The translations under genes and the position numbers were made by a program. Below, one piece after another: positions 13,687 through 26,935 of a stretch of DNA of 64,000 nt. This stretch comes from Antedon mediterranea. Lineage: Eukaryota; Animalia; Echinodermata. The stretch covers positions 13,153,045 through 13,217,044 of the forward strand of contig NC_092680.1 of the NCBI RefSeq assembly GCF_964355755.1, read 5' to 3'. Below the pieces are notes generated by a model. It was not told where the DNA came from and did not search any database. It saw only the letters and a program-made list of their open reading frames with translations. Positions within the stretch are counted from its first letter, which is position 1, and every line of letters begins with the position of its first letter.

Positions 13687-16600
13687 TTAATATTAGGTTT
13701 ATTGTGTGTATTTCCCAATCATTATAATATATTATTTAATTTATTAATTTTTCTTGATATGAAACAACATTTACTATATATACGCTGTCGTTCTGTGTTA
13801 TTTCCATGTGTATAACCACGAAAATTGAAAATTGTATTAAAATAAATTATTTCTGTACTAACACTGAATATTTAGGTTTAACAATAACATGGTAATGAGC
13901 AATAATAATTGTGTGAGTGTAGAGAACGCTGGAAGCAATGTGCTTTATTAAATGCTGTAATTGCGGCCTTGTAGAAAAACAATAATCGTAGACTTGATTA
14001 AACTTCTCTCTCTCTTCGGAATAGAATTAAAGCAATTTCATTAAGAACGTCTTGAAATTAGTAGTTTGAAATGTTAGCCCATGATGTCAAACGCATTCAT
14101 TAAGAAGTGTGGATAAACTATGGGTTAATTGAACATTTTATGTCCATGTTTTTGACAGCTAGATTACAAGTTTTCTCAATGAAAAAAAATAAATGAGATA
14201 GCAATAGTTATGAATCATAATGTTATGAAAGAGTACTAACAGTATAATGTTTCCGTGATACAGTGAACATGTTCGTCACATATGTTACAGTGTACTTAAT
14301 TAGGATGATTATGTTGAATACGATGATTAAATAGGTACATTTAGCATTAAATCTGTAAGAAGAATTTCTATTATTATTTTATATGTAATGAACAAATAAA
14401 GAGTTTCAGTATTTCAGTAGTATCTATATATAAATTTATTCAATAAATTAATGGAGAAGGTTAAGCGACATACAATTATATATGCCTACTTTGAACAACG
14501 AACTCTCGTGCAATATGTCAATACACTTTAATAACATTTAAATATTACAATGCTCTATAATTAGAAATTGTTTGAAGTACTATAGCCAACAATTATGTGT
14601 TGATAAATAATATCAAGGCTGCTAATGATGAATACCATAATCATGACGTCATTTAAATAATATTTTCTATTGTACATTATAGGTCAGATATTATTATAAA
14701 TAATAATAATAACATCTTTATGAGGAGGAGGCTCGTTAACAACAAAATGTGTTCTTCCACGAGGCCGTATGAAAGAAATAAAACTATCACGACTATTAAA
14801 ATTATGAACAAACAAGAAAATCATACATTAAAAAAAGAAAAAAAGTATATAAAATGTATTTTAATGAATTAATAGATTTTCTAGTTAATAGATAAATTTA
14901 AAACAGAAAAATCTAAACAATTATAATTATATTATGAATATATATTATGATTCGAAGTTTTAACGTTTTAATACTAATACATAATATCAGCGACAGGCTT
15001 TTTTTTCCTGTACATACGGTAACATTAAACACAACAGGCGCACAACAAGCATTCGTCGTAAGACGTAAAATTATGCTTGTCATATAAAATGCAATCTTAA
15101 TACGGAGCAATGCTTTCAACATCCAGCGAGGGTAATTAAGAATTGCGACGATATCCATTCGCTTGGTTCGTAGCGTTAAACATAATCGAATCTTTTGCTT
15201 AATCTTAAAGTAAATCGTGCGCAGATGGTATGTAATTAATTCAGCCATTTCGATATGCAATTTGGCGCAAACTGTGAACCGTTTTAACGTCTTTGTTGTG
15301 TGTATAAGATTCTAATATTCTAACAAAATTCTTATATTATTATGCATTTTTCATTACATTAACTACGTTGATTTTCTATTACAAAAATTGTTGTGTGCGA
15401 GTGAACAATTTTATTTTAAGTTAAACATAATCTTACATAGTAAGATTCTAATTTGTTTTTCTGGCTTAAAAATTATGTTGTATGAGCAGACAATTGTATA
15501 GAGTTCAAAAGTTCATTGTTGTAAAATCACATTTAATTTCGAGTTAAACTAAAGATGTCGCATTGACGTTCAATAAGAGATGGTAGATGAGGTTGTGAGC
15601 TAGGATTTTATATTAATTAAAATCACATAATAATAGGCAAATGTTGTTCAATGAATTTCAGAGTGTTTGTGCGTGTTTTTTATTTTGGTATGCCTAAGTT
15701 TTGCAGCCTGACCATTGATTTGAATTCGAAGCCCCATTCAAAAATCAAAATATAATTACGAGTAATACGAATAGGCATAAGCATGATAAACTATAAAATA
15801 GTAGGATTTTGGATGCGTATAAAAAAGTGGGAAAATATATAATTATGACTCCTTTCACACTAGAATACAATTTATTTCCCTAAATTACACCATTTCAATT
15901 CTGCTAAATTCTATCTTTGTTTTATTAAAATAATCCATTTTTTCATTTATTGTTTTTCATACGCAATCAAATCTCTTTCAATTTCTCACACTATAATATA
16001 TTTATAAGTGTAGGCTATTGGAGATGGAAAAAGAAGCCGCTGGGCAACCCATAAGTATTCGGAATTAACCCGATTTTATATACTTAATAATCGGGTAATG
16101 TACCAACTGAATTTTTTCTGAATATTTACATTTTAAAGTTTGATAATAACACTCTAATATTCCAATAGTTTTAACTGATATATAATTTGTTTCCTTGCTT
16201 TTAGTAGTAGCCATAATTGCAATTTGTTTGTCATTTAATTATTGTTGCCTCCTCTTAGTAGTAAAACTTGAGGTCGCTGTTAGATGGGAAAAAAATAAAT
16301 AAAATAATGTGACATATTGAAAATTACATTTATATATTACAATGATGATGGCAAAATACCTTTAAAGGAATTAGTTAATTAATGTCCAAGTTATTTTTGC
16401 CATTGTTTGAAAATATGTTTAGCGTAACATTGTATCCTATATTAAAGATGCTGTAGGCATATAACGATAAATAGGAAACACATCACATTTATGTACTAAA
16501 GGTCTATCCCTAAAATGTCTTGAAGGCTCAATAATAGTCACATTGTTTTGGGTGTTCTTCAAAATTGAATATAAAGAAACCTTTTATATTGAAATTGTTA

Positions 16601-18231
16601 ATCGTTAATACAGTAAATGTTAAAATTCAAATATGTATTAGAAAAAAAATCGCATACTCAAATATAAGCTTGACGCTTCGTCAATAATGATGTAGATTAG
16701 GCCTACCTACTGTGAGTCTTATTATTTAACAATGTTTCTAGTAAAGCTTACCTTCAAGAATCTTTCAGTTTCCTCGTTAATCGTCTGATTAAAACAAATT
16801 GTCAAAAATATGAACAATAATATCTAAAAACTCATGCTTATAAGTCCTTAACAAGGAGTACGCGTACTCTGGAGCCAATAGTTAGTGTATACATCTTATA
16901 CAGTGGGGGCACCTTGCCTCCTTCACATATCTCGAACGACTGATGACCAGAAACTCTCTACGTCTTAATATAGCAAAGACAATCAGTGCAGCAAGCCAGA
17001 AAATGATATGAACTTAGTCAATTACGGCTACTGCGCACACAAACAAAGATTCGTATTAAGACGATTGTCCCAACTCACCATCCATGAAATAAGATGAACT
17101 GCGCCATCCCTGATTTAATTGTTTAAATTAATTACTAATAAGGCAAGTCCATGAGAAAAAAATCACTTGATTAATAAAACAATAGCCAGCTATAGTTTCA
17201 AGTAGGAGACTTATAGCAGATCGAATTCTCACGCCGTATATCACAAAAATATTAAGAAAGTAAATAGTAGTACACGTTATTGTCAACCAAAAGCAACACA
17301 AATACAACATCAGCTGGGCAGGTGGTATAAGTGTGGAAATTATCAATTGCGTAAGATGTATACATTGCTATTTTCAATAGTACTGTGTATTATAACGTGA
17401 TGTTGTCACGTGATCTTTAAGGCGTTTAAATCCATTCGTATGTAAGAACTGGTGAAGCATTCTAAAATTGAAAAACAACCGACCAAAATGCGGAGTGATA
17501 AAATTAGCAGATTTTGTTATTATCCTTGGTTAATTTTGTTGTCTGACTTCATTCATTGAGAGATGAAAAGGATTGTATTTTAGTGTTGTTATTGAGTTGA
17601 CTATCAACACAATTAATCACAGACTCATATCCAAGTCTCAAAAGAAGGAATAATTATGACTTTGTTGAGAGAATACGTGTTAATGTTCTATTTTAAATAG
17701 ACAGGTTTATTGAGAATTTATATCATTCGAAAAATGCATGTTTACTGTTGTTTGAAGTCTATTAATCTTATACAGATTATTTATACAAAAGTAAATTAAA
17801 ATCAGTACGGTATTGATTAAGTTAACAAGACAATACTGTGAGTTTATGATGCTCAATTCTTCCACAATGATAGGTCTACATAGCAGCAGGGCAGTGATAA
17901 GTCACAAGGGAAGTATTTTTGACGATTTTTATTTTATTTAATTTTAATTTTAAACATATTTATACAGGATAAAAATCACCTGTTTTACATATGGTCCTGT
18001 TTTTAGAAAATAGAAGGTTAAAACGTACATAAACAATTCTTTAAAACATGTAAGTCAAACATATATGTAAATTTATGATAAAAGGAATGAAAATACAACA
18101 AGAATAAAACAAATTTGTAGGATCTAAGTAAAAGAAAAATTAATCCGTTTTCTATTTTTGTTCATGGAACGTGTCGAACGTTAGACTATTTTCTTAGAAA
18201 CACATTTCTACGTGTAACCATTAAAGTGTTA

Positions 18232-18370
18232 AGCTCTGTCTATAAAATCAAACTGGTTTGACAAAAAAGGTGTGTGTACCCAAATTTGGTAGTGATATGC
18301 CCAAATATGGTAGTGATATGACATCCATATATGGGCACCTCACATTTCGTTTTATAATGTAGACAGAGCT
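18232..18370 (-). mobile_element. Family B MITE, inverted
   Basis: TTA|AGCTCTGTCTA...TAGACAGAGCT|TTA, a 3-bp TTA target duplication typical of PIF/Harbinger. Confidence 0.8.
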
Positions 18371-20457
18371 TTAAACAAATATAATAATATGTCTTTATGA
18401 TTGTTTTATTTTTATTTGTAGGTCCTTTTTACAATTGCCTCGTATTAATAAAGATATATTGAATTGAAATTGGTGTAGGCATAATTGTATATAACTTTTC
18501 AGGTCAATGAAATTTCAACAGATTTTTATTACGCTCTGGACTTAAACATTCATTTGTGCACGCTCAGAACTATATGAGCATGCGCAGAAACGACGAAAAG
18601 TCCCTATCAGAACAGAGCCCTTTTTTTCTGAAAACTGTGTTTCAGTCATATAATATTACTGGTATTTATTTCATACAAAATTATAGAATAAAGCCAACTT
18701 ACCCTTAGTTTTTACTCTTTGTATTTCAAATTAAACCTAACAGATGTACGTAACTATATCATTGTCCTAATTATTCTATTAAATTTGTTTGATTAATAAT
18801 TAAATTATTTCGAAGGTATTATGTTAGAGTTTAGGAATGGTTAATTAATTTGCATGTCCACGTAAAGCACCGTCTTTGTTCTGTACCAACCTACTCTGTA
18901 TCGTAACTCAATCTTCTAAGCCAATTAAGTACGGAGGTACTTAGATTTTCGACTTAAAACGTATATGCAGCAAGAAGGTCGAAACATTCGAATGCGTACT
19001 TAGTTATGAAACTTGAATACGGGTCAAAAGTCGTGAATAATTATTATTGTTTAATAGGTAGCCTAAATCTTGTAGTAGACCTGAGCAATAGTTAGGTTGG
19101 TGAACTGAGGCATATATCTGAAGGTATTTAACATTAGTGTTTAATTTTATAGCCAATATGCATCCTCGGAGCACCATTTAATACACTTTTTTAAACGCAT
19201 AGCTCTATAAGTATTACTTTAGTGCACGTTAAAGAGGCACTTTCCTTATATAAATCCGAAATATATTGAAAAATGAAAAAAAATCAATAATTTGAAAAAC
19301 CTAGTTAAGTAAGCCTAGTAAAAAAAAATCTGTATCGTTCGATTTTCAGATTCTCAAAACCGAATTTCTCAATTTATATAGTAAATTAGTTAATCTATCC
19401 ATATGTCAATTTCTCTGCAACTTATTTTATTGGCTGTTGGGAAAATCTTGGAATGAACTTTGCCTTCTACAAAAATGAATATCAATTCACGCCAAAACAT
19501 TTATAGATCATAAACAACAAACAAATAAAAACATTACAAATTATAAAAGTCCAAATACTTAGGGTTTGTGACTAAGAATGAATGTTAAGATGGGCAGTTT
19601 TCTGAATGATTAATACCACTTTACTGTGTTGACACAGCCAGGACTATCTAATCGACCATACAAAAATCTATAATGCAATGTGTATCATGTTTTCGTTTTA
19701 GATTCATCTTTCCTCATGAGTATAAAAAAATAACATAAACCGAAGACACCTTCACAGCGCCAATGATTACAAAATCGATTTTTCAAAGAGTTACGAAATT
19801 CCAAAATGGTTTTTTTCCAAAATATCTCGTGTGAATTACTTATTCTTTAATAACTTTTTTGATAAAAGTAACAACTCTAATCCACCTCTCTGTTTCTGTA
19901 CTAAACTAGACAAACAATTGAATAAATGACACAAAATAGGCCATATTTCTCATATCAAACAATGTGCTTATAATAATATAAAGTGCAAACAAAAACAATT
20001 TCTTTCTAAAACTAGTAAGAAAAAGAGTGGTTTCTACTCGCATCCCTTTCAATGCGTCTGGTTTTTTTTTCATAATTAGTGTGCTATGCTTTTGCTGGAG
20101 AGATACTAAGATTATTGTAATGCTGCGTGACCTTTTGTGACCTACCTTCCAGTTATTGTCGTTTGTCGGGTGCCCATTTAATCTCATTTGTATACGTATA
20201 AGCTTATTGGAAACATTTACAATACTTTCAACGGATTCACTTTGGACGAAGAAATCAATTTCAAACTTTAATGGCTCCTTGCACTCTAAAAAGCGCAATG
20301 CATTATGGATAATTGTGATCTGCAGCGTAAAGTGTTAATTTGCAATGGCGTTAGGGAAATGCTAGCAAGAAAATATTCCATATCTTAAAATCAAATTCAT
20401 TGATATTTAAGTTGGAGGGAAAATGGAGGAAAATAATTAAAAATAGGTGACTATTAA

Positions 20458-20763
20458 AGATTTATTGTCCTTTGGAAAAAATGATTTTTTGTTGTTAAAT
20501 GTGCCATTTTAATGTCACTTTTAATAGAAATTGAATCGGAAAAAAAACAACAATTATTTACCTGAATAAATTGTAATTTAAAGCAAAAAATAATCAAAAT
20601 GGGGTTTTGGTTGAATTTGCACCATTTATTTGTCATTTTATATGATAAAAACAATATTTTTCCCGTTTTTTTTCCAACAGAAGTGATTAACTTTAGTAAC
20701 ACTACAAAATAACCTATTTAAAGTCTGATTTGATTAATGTTCATGTTTTTGGGGACAATATCT
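20458..20763 (+). mobile_element. Kolobok-like MITE family A
   Basis: TTAA|AGATTTATTGTCC...GGGGACAATATCT|TTAA with the shared body. Confidence 0.8.
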
Positions 20764-21239
20764 TTAAACAAAATGGTATCACATTCTAAACAAGCTTTAC
20801 TCTAAAATGATTTTTCACAACATTCTTTTCTCAAAAACATTCATCAACATTTTTTGCCTTTTATATCACTAAATTATCACACTTAGTCCACAACTCTTGG
20901 ATCAAGATTATTGTACAATTAATTAAACTATGCATGCGTCTTTTTCCTTCACTAGAGAATCACAAATGTGTTGAGAATTTCAAGAATGTATAATCTCTTG
21001 AGAAATATTCATGAAAAAATGCTAATAAATGGAGAATCTGGTTTCAAAATATCATATGCAACTTTACACATAAATTTGAATATATCAGGCCTATTACGAA
21101 TTCACAGGTTTTAAATCATATTTAACTGAATATAGACTGAGTTATAAACCGAAAAAACTGAAATTATTCTAAATTGTTAATTTTCACTAGTTACTTCCTT
21201 TTAAAAAAAATCACCATTGTGATTTCAAAGAATGTCTCC

Positions 21240-21443
21240 TTGAATTTTTTTTTATAATTTAAAAAAAATTCGTAATTTAAAGGAAAATGGTCATTTTGGC
21301 TAAATTTAACCTTTATTTGTTCTCTTGTTTAAAAAAATAATTTATATTTGTTCATTTTTCTTAATGAATTGATTATATGTATTAAAACTACAAATTGGTC
21401 TAATAAAATTTATTCTTATTTATGTGTTGGATACAATACCTCT
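21240..21443 (+). mobile_element. Degraded fragment of Kolobok-like family A
   Basis: AAATTTAACCTTTATTTG..ATTAAAACTACAAA..GGATACAATACCTCT resembles the family-A right half; left boundary approximate. Confidence 0.45.
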
Positions 21444-21593
21444 TTTTCTATGTCAATTTTTTTTCTATTAAAAAGAAAAACATCAAGCAAAGGTACTGTA
21501 TGACCATTGCTATAAATCATCTTTATTACACAACACCCCTACTACATGATTATATTTTAGTAAAAAGACAAGCATTTTAGGTAGCGAGTGTAA

Positions 21594-21741
21594 AGCTCTG
21601 TCTACACTACCAAACTTATTGAACAAAAAAATGTGATGTGGCCATAACATATGGACACGATGACGTAATATCACCACCATATGATTTGGGCACATCACAC
21701 TTTTGTATTTATCAAACTAGTTTTATATTGTAGACAGAACT
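21594..21741 (+). mobile_element. Family B MITE
   Basis: TAA|AGCTCTGTCTACAC...GTAGACAGAACT|TAA, a 3-bp TAA target duplication. Confidence 0.8.
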
Positions 21742-22374
21742 TAAACAATATTTCTTATTATTATTATAGGTGTTTGTCGTTTTATACCGTATGCTGTGCA
21801 ACCTTTTCAATATTGTGAACTCAGTCGATTTAAACCTCCTGTACATTAAAGTAATTGTTTAAGTCTCTTGAGAGATATCTTGGACTTTTTCTATTCATCT
21901 TAATTTTATGCATGATATACAGACCCACTGTTTATTATTATCCATGGAAGATTGGGCTTAATGAAGCCTAAAGTAATTTATTAATACAATTTTTTAACCA
22001 AAGTCAATCAAAGAGCAATCCACAGGGATATCGCATCGGAAACAATTCGCTTTCAATCGTATTTTCAACAACAGCATATTCATCAACTGAATAATGATAA
22101 TCGTATCCTTAAAAATGTTGATATACATATTACCGTACGCGATAACAATGTAAAAATGGAGAATGTCAAACTAGAATCACCAAATTTAATTTTCAAATGA
22201 AAATATCAAATATAGTTACTTATTATATATTTCTTATTATACTTTAAGCGTAGGTTTGTGAATATGGTTCATCACAACGTGCCATGCGACAACGTAGCTT
22301 TCTTGTATCAAACGTCATTCTGCGTACGGGGCCATGTCATGACGCAGCTCTTGAATACAGTATTAAAAATTTAC

Positions 22375-22490
22375 TCTGCGCACACTCAGAATAATATGAA
22401 CATGCGCACAAAAGGCGATTACGCATCTGTTGCGAATATTAAAAAGTCATTCTGCGCACGCTCAGACTAATATGAGCATGTGCAGAATAA
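22375..22490 (+). repeat. Short interspersed motif repeat (two adjacent copies; also ~18556-18590 and inverted ~55857-55877)
   Basis: GCGCACGCTCAGA.TAATATGAGCATGCGCAGAA-like sequence at all the listed sites. Confidence 0.6.
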
Positions 22491-25400
22491 CTCTGTAGTC
22501 GCGAAGCTCAACCTGAAAATGAAAGGTTAAGCTTGGAATTAGCTTTCATCTTCTCATTTCAGTTTTTTGTGTGTTTTAAATGAAATAAATAACATAAATA
22601 ATTAATTCCATAACGTGTAGTATCTTTAAGCAAGCTAAACTCAATTGCTATCTGATTAGTATAATATTTAACAAAAAGTATAATAATATAGATTATTAGT
22701 GTTATCAACCTCTACATTGACCTCTCAGCACTCTGTATTGTGTTTCCAGCATTTCGAAGTTGATTTGAGTTATAATTTGTACAATCTTCATCAAATATTA
22801 ATTCATTTCCTAAGTGATAGCATACGTAATTAGCATTGATATATTACTGTGGTATGAGTTATGAATGTTATATAAGGCGGTTATGAATTAATTCTGTAAT
22901 AATTTTGTATTTTCGTAAAATATTTAAGCGATGAGTCAGTCAAATTCCTACAAGATTGTTTCTTTATTAGACGATTTCTCAACGCCATTAGGTCCGTTCA
23001 TAATGTGTATTGACATTACAATGTAACGCGTGCGCGTAGGCCTACAGGACGTGTAAACGCGCATCGTTTCTATTTTTTTTAAGCAAACTTGCTTGATAGA
23101 TCACACGGTGGGGGTGAGGGCTGTTGTGAATGTTACATTTTAGGCATGTGTGGAGGAAAATACTGGGGAACCGACTGTGCCTTTAATCATTTAGCAATCA
23201 GCAATCTCAGCTCATTTTAATCAAAATTAGAGGTTTTACAAATTTTCTCATAACGTTAATGATTAGGCCTATAGTTTAATTTACTTTGTTGGTGGCGTAA
23301 TATGAACTAAGTTTGTCTGTAAATAAGACAAATTGGGCTAGTAAACAGAATTAGCTAAAATCTCGAAAATCGAAAATAAATGTAGGCCTAAGAAAATGTA
23401 ATGGATAGCCTATATATATTTAGTATTTCAAAGAGGCCCAATGTGTATACAGTTTACATCGTTCTTACGCGTCGCTTTACGCGCTACCTATCGATTCGTA
23501 CCTGTCCATTTTAAGAAATTTATCATTGAATAATATATTTATATGGTAAAATAGCAATAATACTAGTTTCACCATTTCTGAAAAACTATAAAATTAGACG
23601 TTTGTTTTCTTCACTCAGTGTAAGTTTTTTTTAAATATATGACGTCATCATTCTATATAATGCACAACGTGTTGACTTGTAACTGACTCTTAAAGACATC
23701 CGCTGCTTAAATTGGTAGATCGCAATATCAACCATTTGCTTCTATTGCCGTCAAATGCATTACATCTTAGTACGGTAATGTATGAATATATTTAGCGTTG
23801 ATGTAATGAGTTTCGCCCATTTGTCTCGGCGCATTTTACCTTTCAATACATTGTGTATATCATGTATTCATTCATTATCAACACAAAGACAGAAACAACG
23901 ATTGAAAATAGCTTTTATATAATTTAACGTGTTCTCATACAAAATAATATAGTAAAATATGATTTTGTCAAATAGTATACAATCAGATTCGTAAAAACAA
24001 TAAGCTCATTTATATATATACTTATTTATGTATCTTTATTATATTTTAGAGTCATCATGGGTTGCCTTTGCATTCATATGTATATCTTATAAAAGAGATT
24101 CCATTATCCTATATATTATTATTGTTTATTTTAACATTTTCATAAACGAATGTATTTATTTAATTTAATAATAAACAAATAAATAACAAATTAGAAAGGC
24201 AAGGAAAACCCAAAGAGATACTAAATACCTAATATGGCAGTTGACCAACCCCAAAAATAAATACATTGTCAAATAAAAACAAATAAAAAATTGTCAATTT
24301 GTTAAAACAATTGATTTAGAATATTTGGATATTAAATCTTAATTCTAAATACATAGATAGACTTTATTAGATATTATTAATAATAATCTAATTTATTAGA
24401 TAATAATGTAAAATATGAAACATATTTTATTATGCATTATGTTTATTGCTACAAATATTACATACATCTTATTATGATAAATACATTCACTTGCATGTAC
24501 TTCGTTTAAGTCTCACGTGAGAAATTATCACGTCTTAAATAGTTTGCATACATACAGAGCCATATGCTACCATAAAACCAGCGAAATTCTATACTCAATA
24601 ATATTCTATTCGAGTGTCTCATTGACTGGGAAGACTTTTAGAATAATATAAATCAGTCTGAATAACCTTTTATTAAATTATTACAGTTGTAATTACACTT
24701 TATACAAATATTGATCAATCGAAGACAAAAGAATCAAGTCTACTTCAAGATAATGACAACGACAAAAGAAAGACGAGAGATCATGCTATTTGGATATCAT
24801 TAGCAAATACGCATGCGCAACGATTTAATTCATGTCTTTCTCCAGCGTAAGCAACAAAAATAATAAGAATATATTCTTAATTTTTAATTAAATGGTATAA
24901 TAAAAGAAGGGAAATGAATGCGCACACAGTTGATTGAAGGTGATATTGCCCAGGGCTAAATGTGAATAATACTGTATTTACAATACTATCTGTATGATAC
25001 AATGTATGTAATTTGTCCTGTTCTAACTACACTGTCGCAGCTGTAGCATCTTATTACAAAATTAAATATACACAAATATTGATATCAATAATAAACACAT
25101 TCATACACAATGTAGAATACTATGATTTAACTTTGTTTTCATTTATCATTAATAAAATTAATATTCAAGAAATATGAGTAGTTTTGCTAATTTTAATCAA
25201 GGAATATAAATAAATTAGATGTTTAAAGCATTGATATAATATTTACTATTTCTTTCATAAGAAATCAGACAAATTACACGATGGTTAGTGAGGCCATGTT
25301 GGCTTACTGTAGGCAATGCTGTCAGTACGATATCATCCCCTTTACCATGAGAGTCATGCCTTCAATTATAATGAGAGAGTAGTGTACTGTTTTTTTTTTA

Positions 25401-26679
25401 CCATCGTTGAGTTTTGTATTTAAAATATTCATCAATACCACATTCATTCCTCGATGTATTAAGTACTGACTTACGTATTGTTTGAAATAACATTTATATT
25501 GGTATCCTACCTATTACTACAGCACATATTCTCAAATATAAGGTGTTTTATATGCCCCTTGACTTGAGTTAACAGACGTTGATAGTAACAGATGTTCAAC
25601 GTTTTTATACGATTTTTTTTTGTGGTGGAATACAAACGAATTATTATCGATTCTTCTAATCGGATTTTTTTTTCTCCAATTTCCGTTGCTTGTGTAATGA
25701 GGCAATTTCAACCGCGCCTTGTCGATATGTGATTCATTTTTGTTAAATATCACAATACCTTTCCACATAGAATCATTCATTCAATACAAATATAACAAAT
25801 ATGAAAATATACAATTATATTTTAAAATACTTACTGGAATCGTTGTGTTTCTGTCGTTAAGAAATAGATGATTGTTTGTCTATTAGCCCAATATCAGCAG
25901 TATTACAAACACAGGTCTGGGAAATCTTAAGACGATAAATGTTTTTACTTGTGATCATGCGCAGTATTAAAATCTTCACTGTAGTATAACTTGCACTTGC
26001 GCAGTTCAATTGATCGGTTTTCTACTCGGACAGATACAAAAATACATATGAGATTATTCATAGAAAATTTAAATATCTCAACGGCATAGAATAAAATAAT
26101 AGTTATGTGATTTTGTTACTTCGAGGTCCCCTGACAACTTGCAGTGAATAATTCATGTATTATTTCAGTATAAATCATTATATTTAGATATATTTCATAT
26201 AAAATGCAATTAAATTTGTCCTAGCTTTTAAATATTTATAATAATTTTTTAAAGATTAAATATGTTATTGAATAATTCCGCAGGGTTAGTTGCAACAATA
26301 ATTTTACAAATCGTATACATTTATAAAAAGGTGTTTGTATATCTTTTATTCAATTTATTTCACTTCAAAAGGAAAACAATACAATGACGTACCGTAATGC
26401 ATTAAAAACAAATTGCAGGAACAGAAATAAAGGAGAAATTAATTAGTAAAAAAAAAGTATTTTTTCAAGTTCTATTATCTTTATTCATTACCTTCATTCA
26501 TTAGTATAATACATTAGGGCATTTCATTTTCTTTCGACATTTTTTTTTTCTAGTTTGTTTCTATTTTTGTCTGTTCAGAGAAGGCTAGTTTGTTTGTTAC
26601 TGTGTAATAGTATCCCTATTTTACATTTTCTCTGGGAAAAAATTAGAAACAAGTGTTTCTTAACTGATTTGTGTCATAT

Positions 26680-26935
26680 GGGTCTATATATCCGCAAAAA
26701 AAAAAGTTCCAGCTCATTTGGCCTGGGGAAAGCTGCTATTTTGGATTTTTAAAATGGCCGCCATAAAATTTCGCTTATATCTTCTCTTCTACATCATGTA
26801 TGGAAGTGATTTTGGTGGCAAAGGTATCAAAATACAGCATTTTGAATTTCACCCAATGGCCGCCATTTTTATTTTCAAAATTGCCGCCTTAAAATACAGA
26901 TGTGTGCTCATATTTCAGCTTCTACGGCATGTATA
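26680..26935. repeat. Probable transposon fragment with repeated AAAATGGCCGCC(AT) motifs
   Basis: TTTTTAAAATGGCCGCCAT, ATGGCCGCCATTTT and TTCAAAATTGCCGCC within 150 bp; no termini identified. Confidence 0.35.

Noticed and set aside
16940-16966. Hammerhead core CTGATGA-CCA-GAAA
   Set aside because: No room for stem II and no convincing stems I or III.
19229-19890. Second Kolobok-like element starting TTAA|AGAGGCACT
   Set aside because: No matching right terminus found; a similar one-ended start at ~56772 was also left uncalled.
19906-20298. 130-aa minus-strand ORF
   Set aside because: No recognisable motif, low-complexity AT-driven composition and no splice support.
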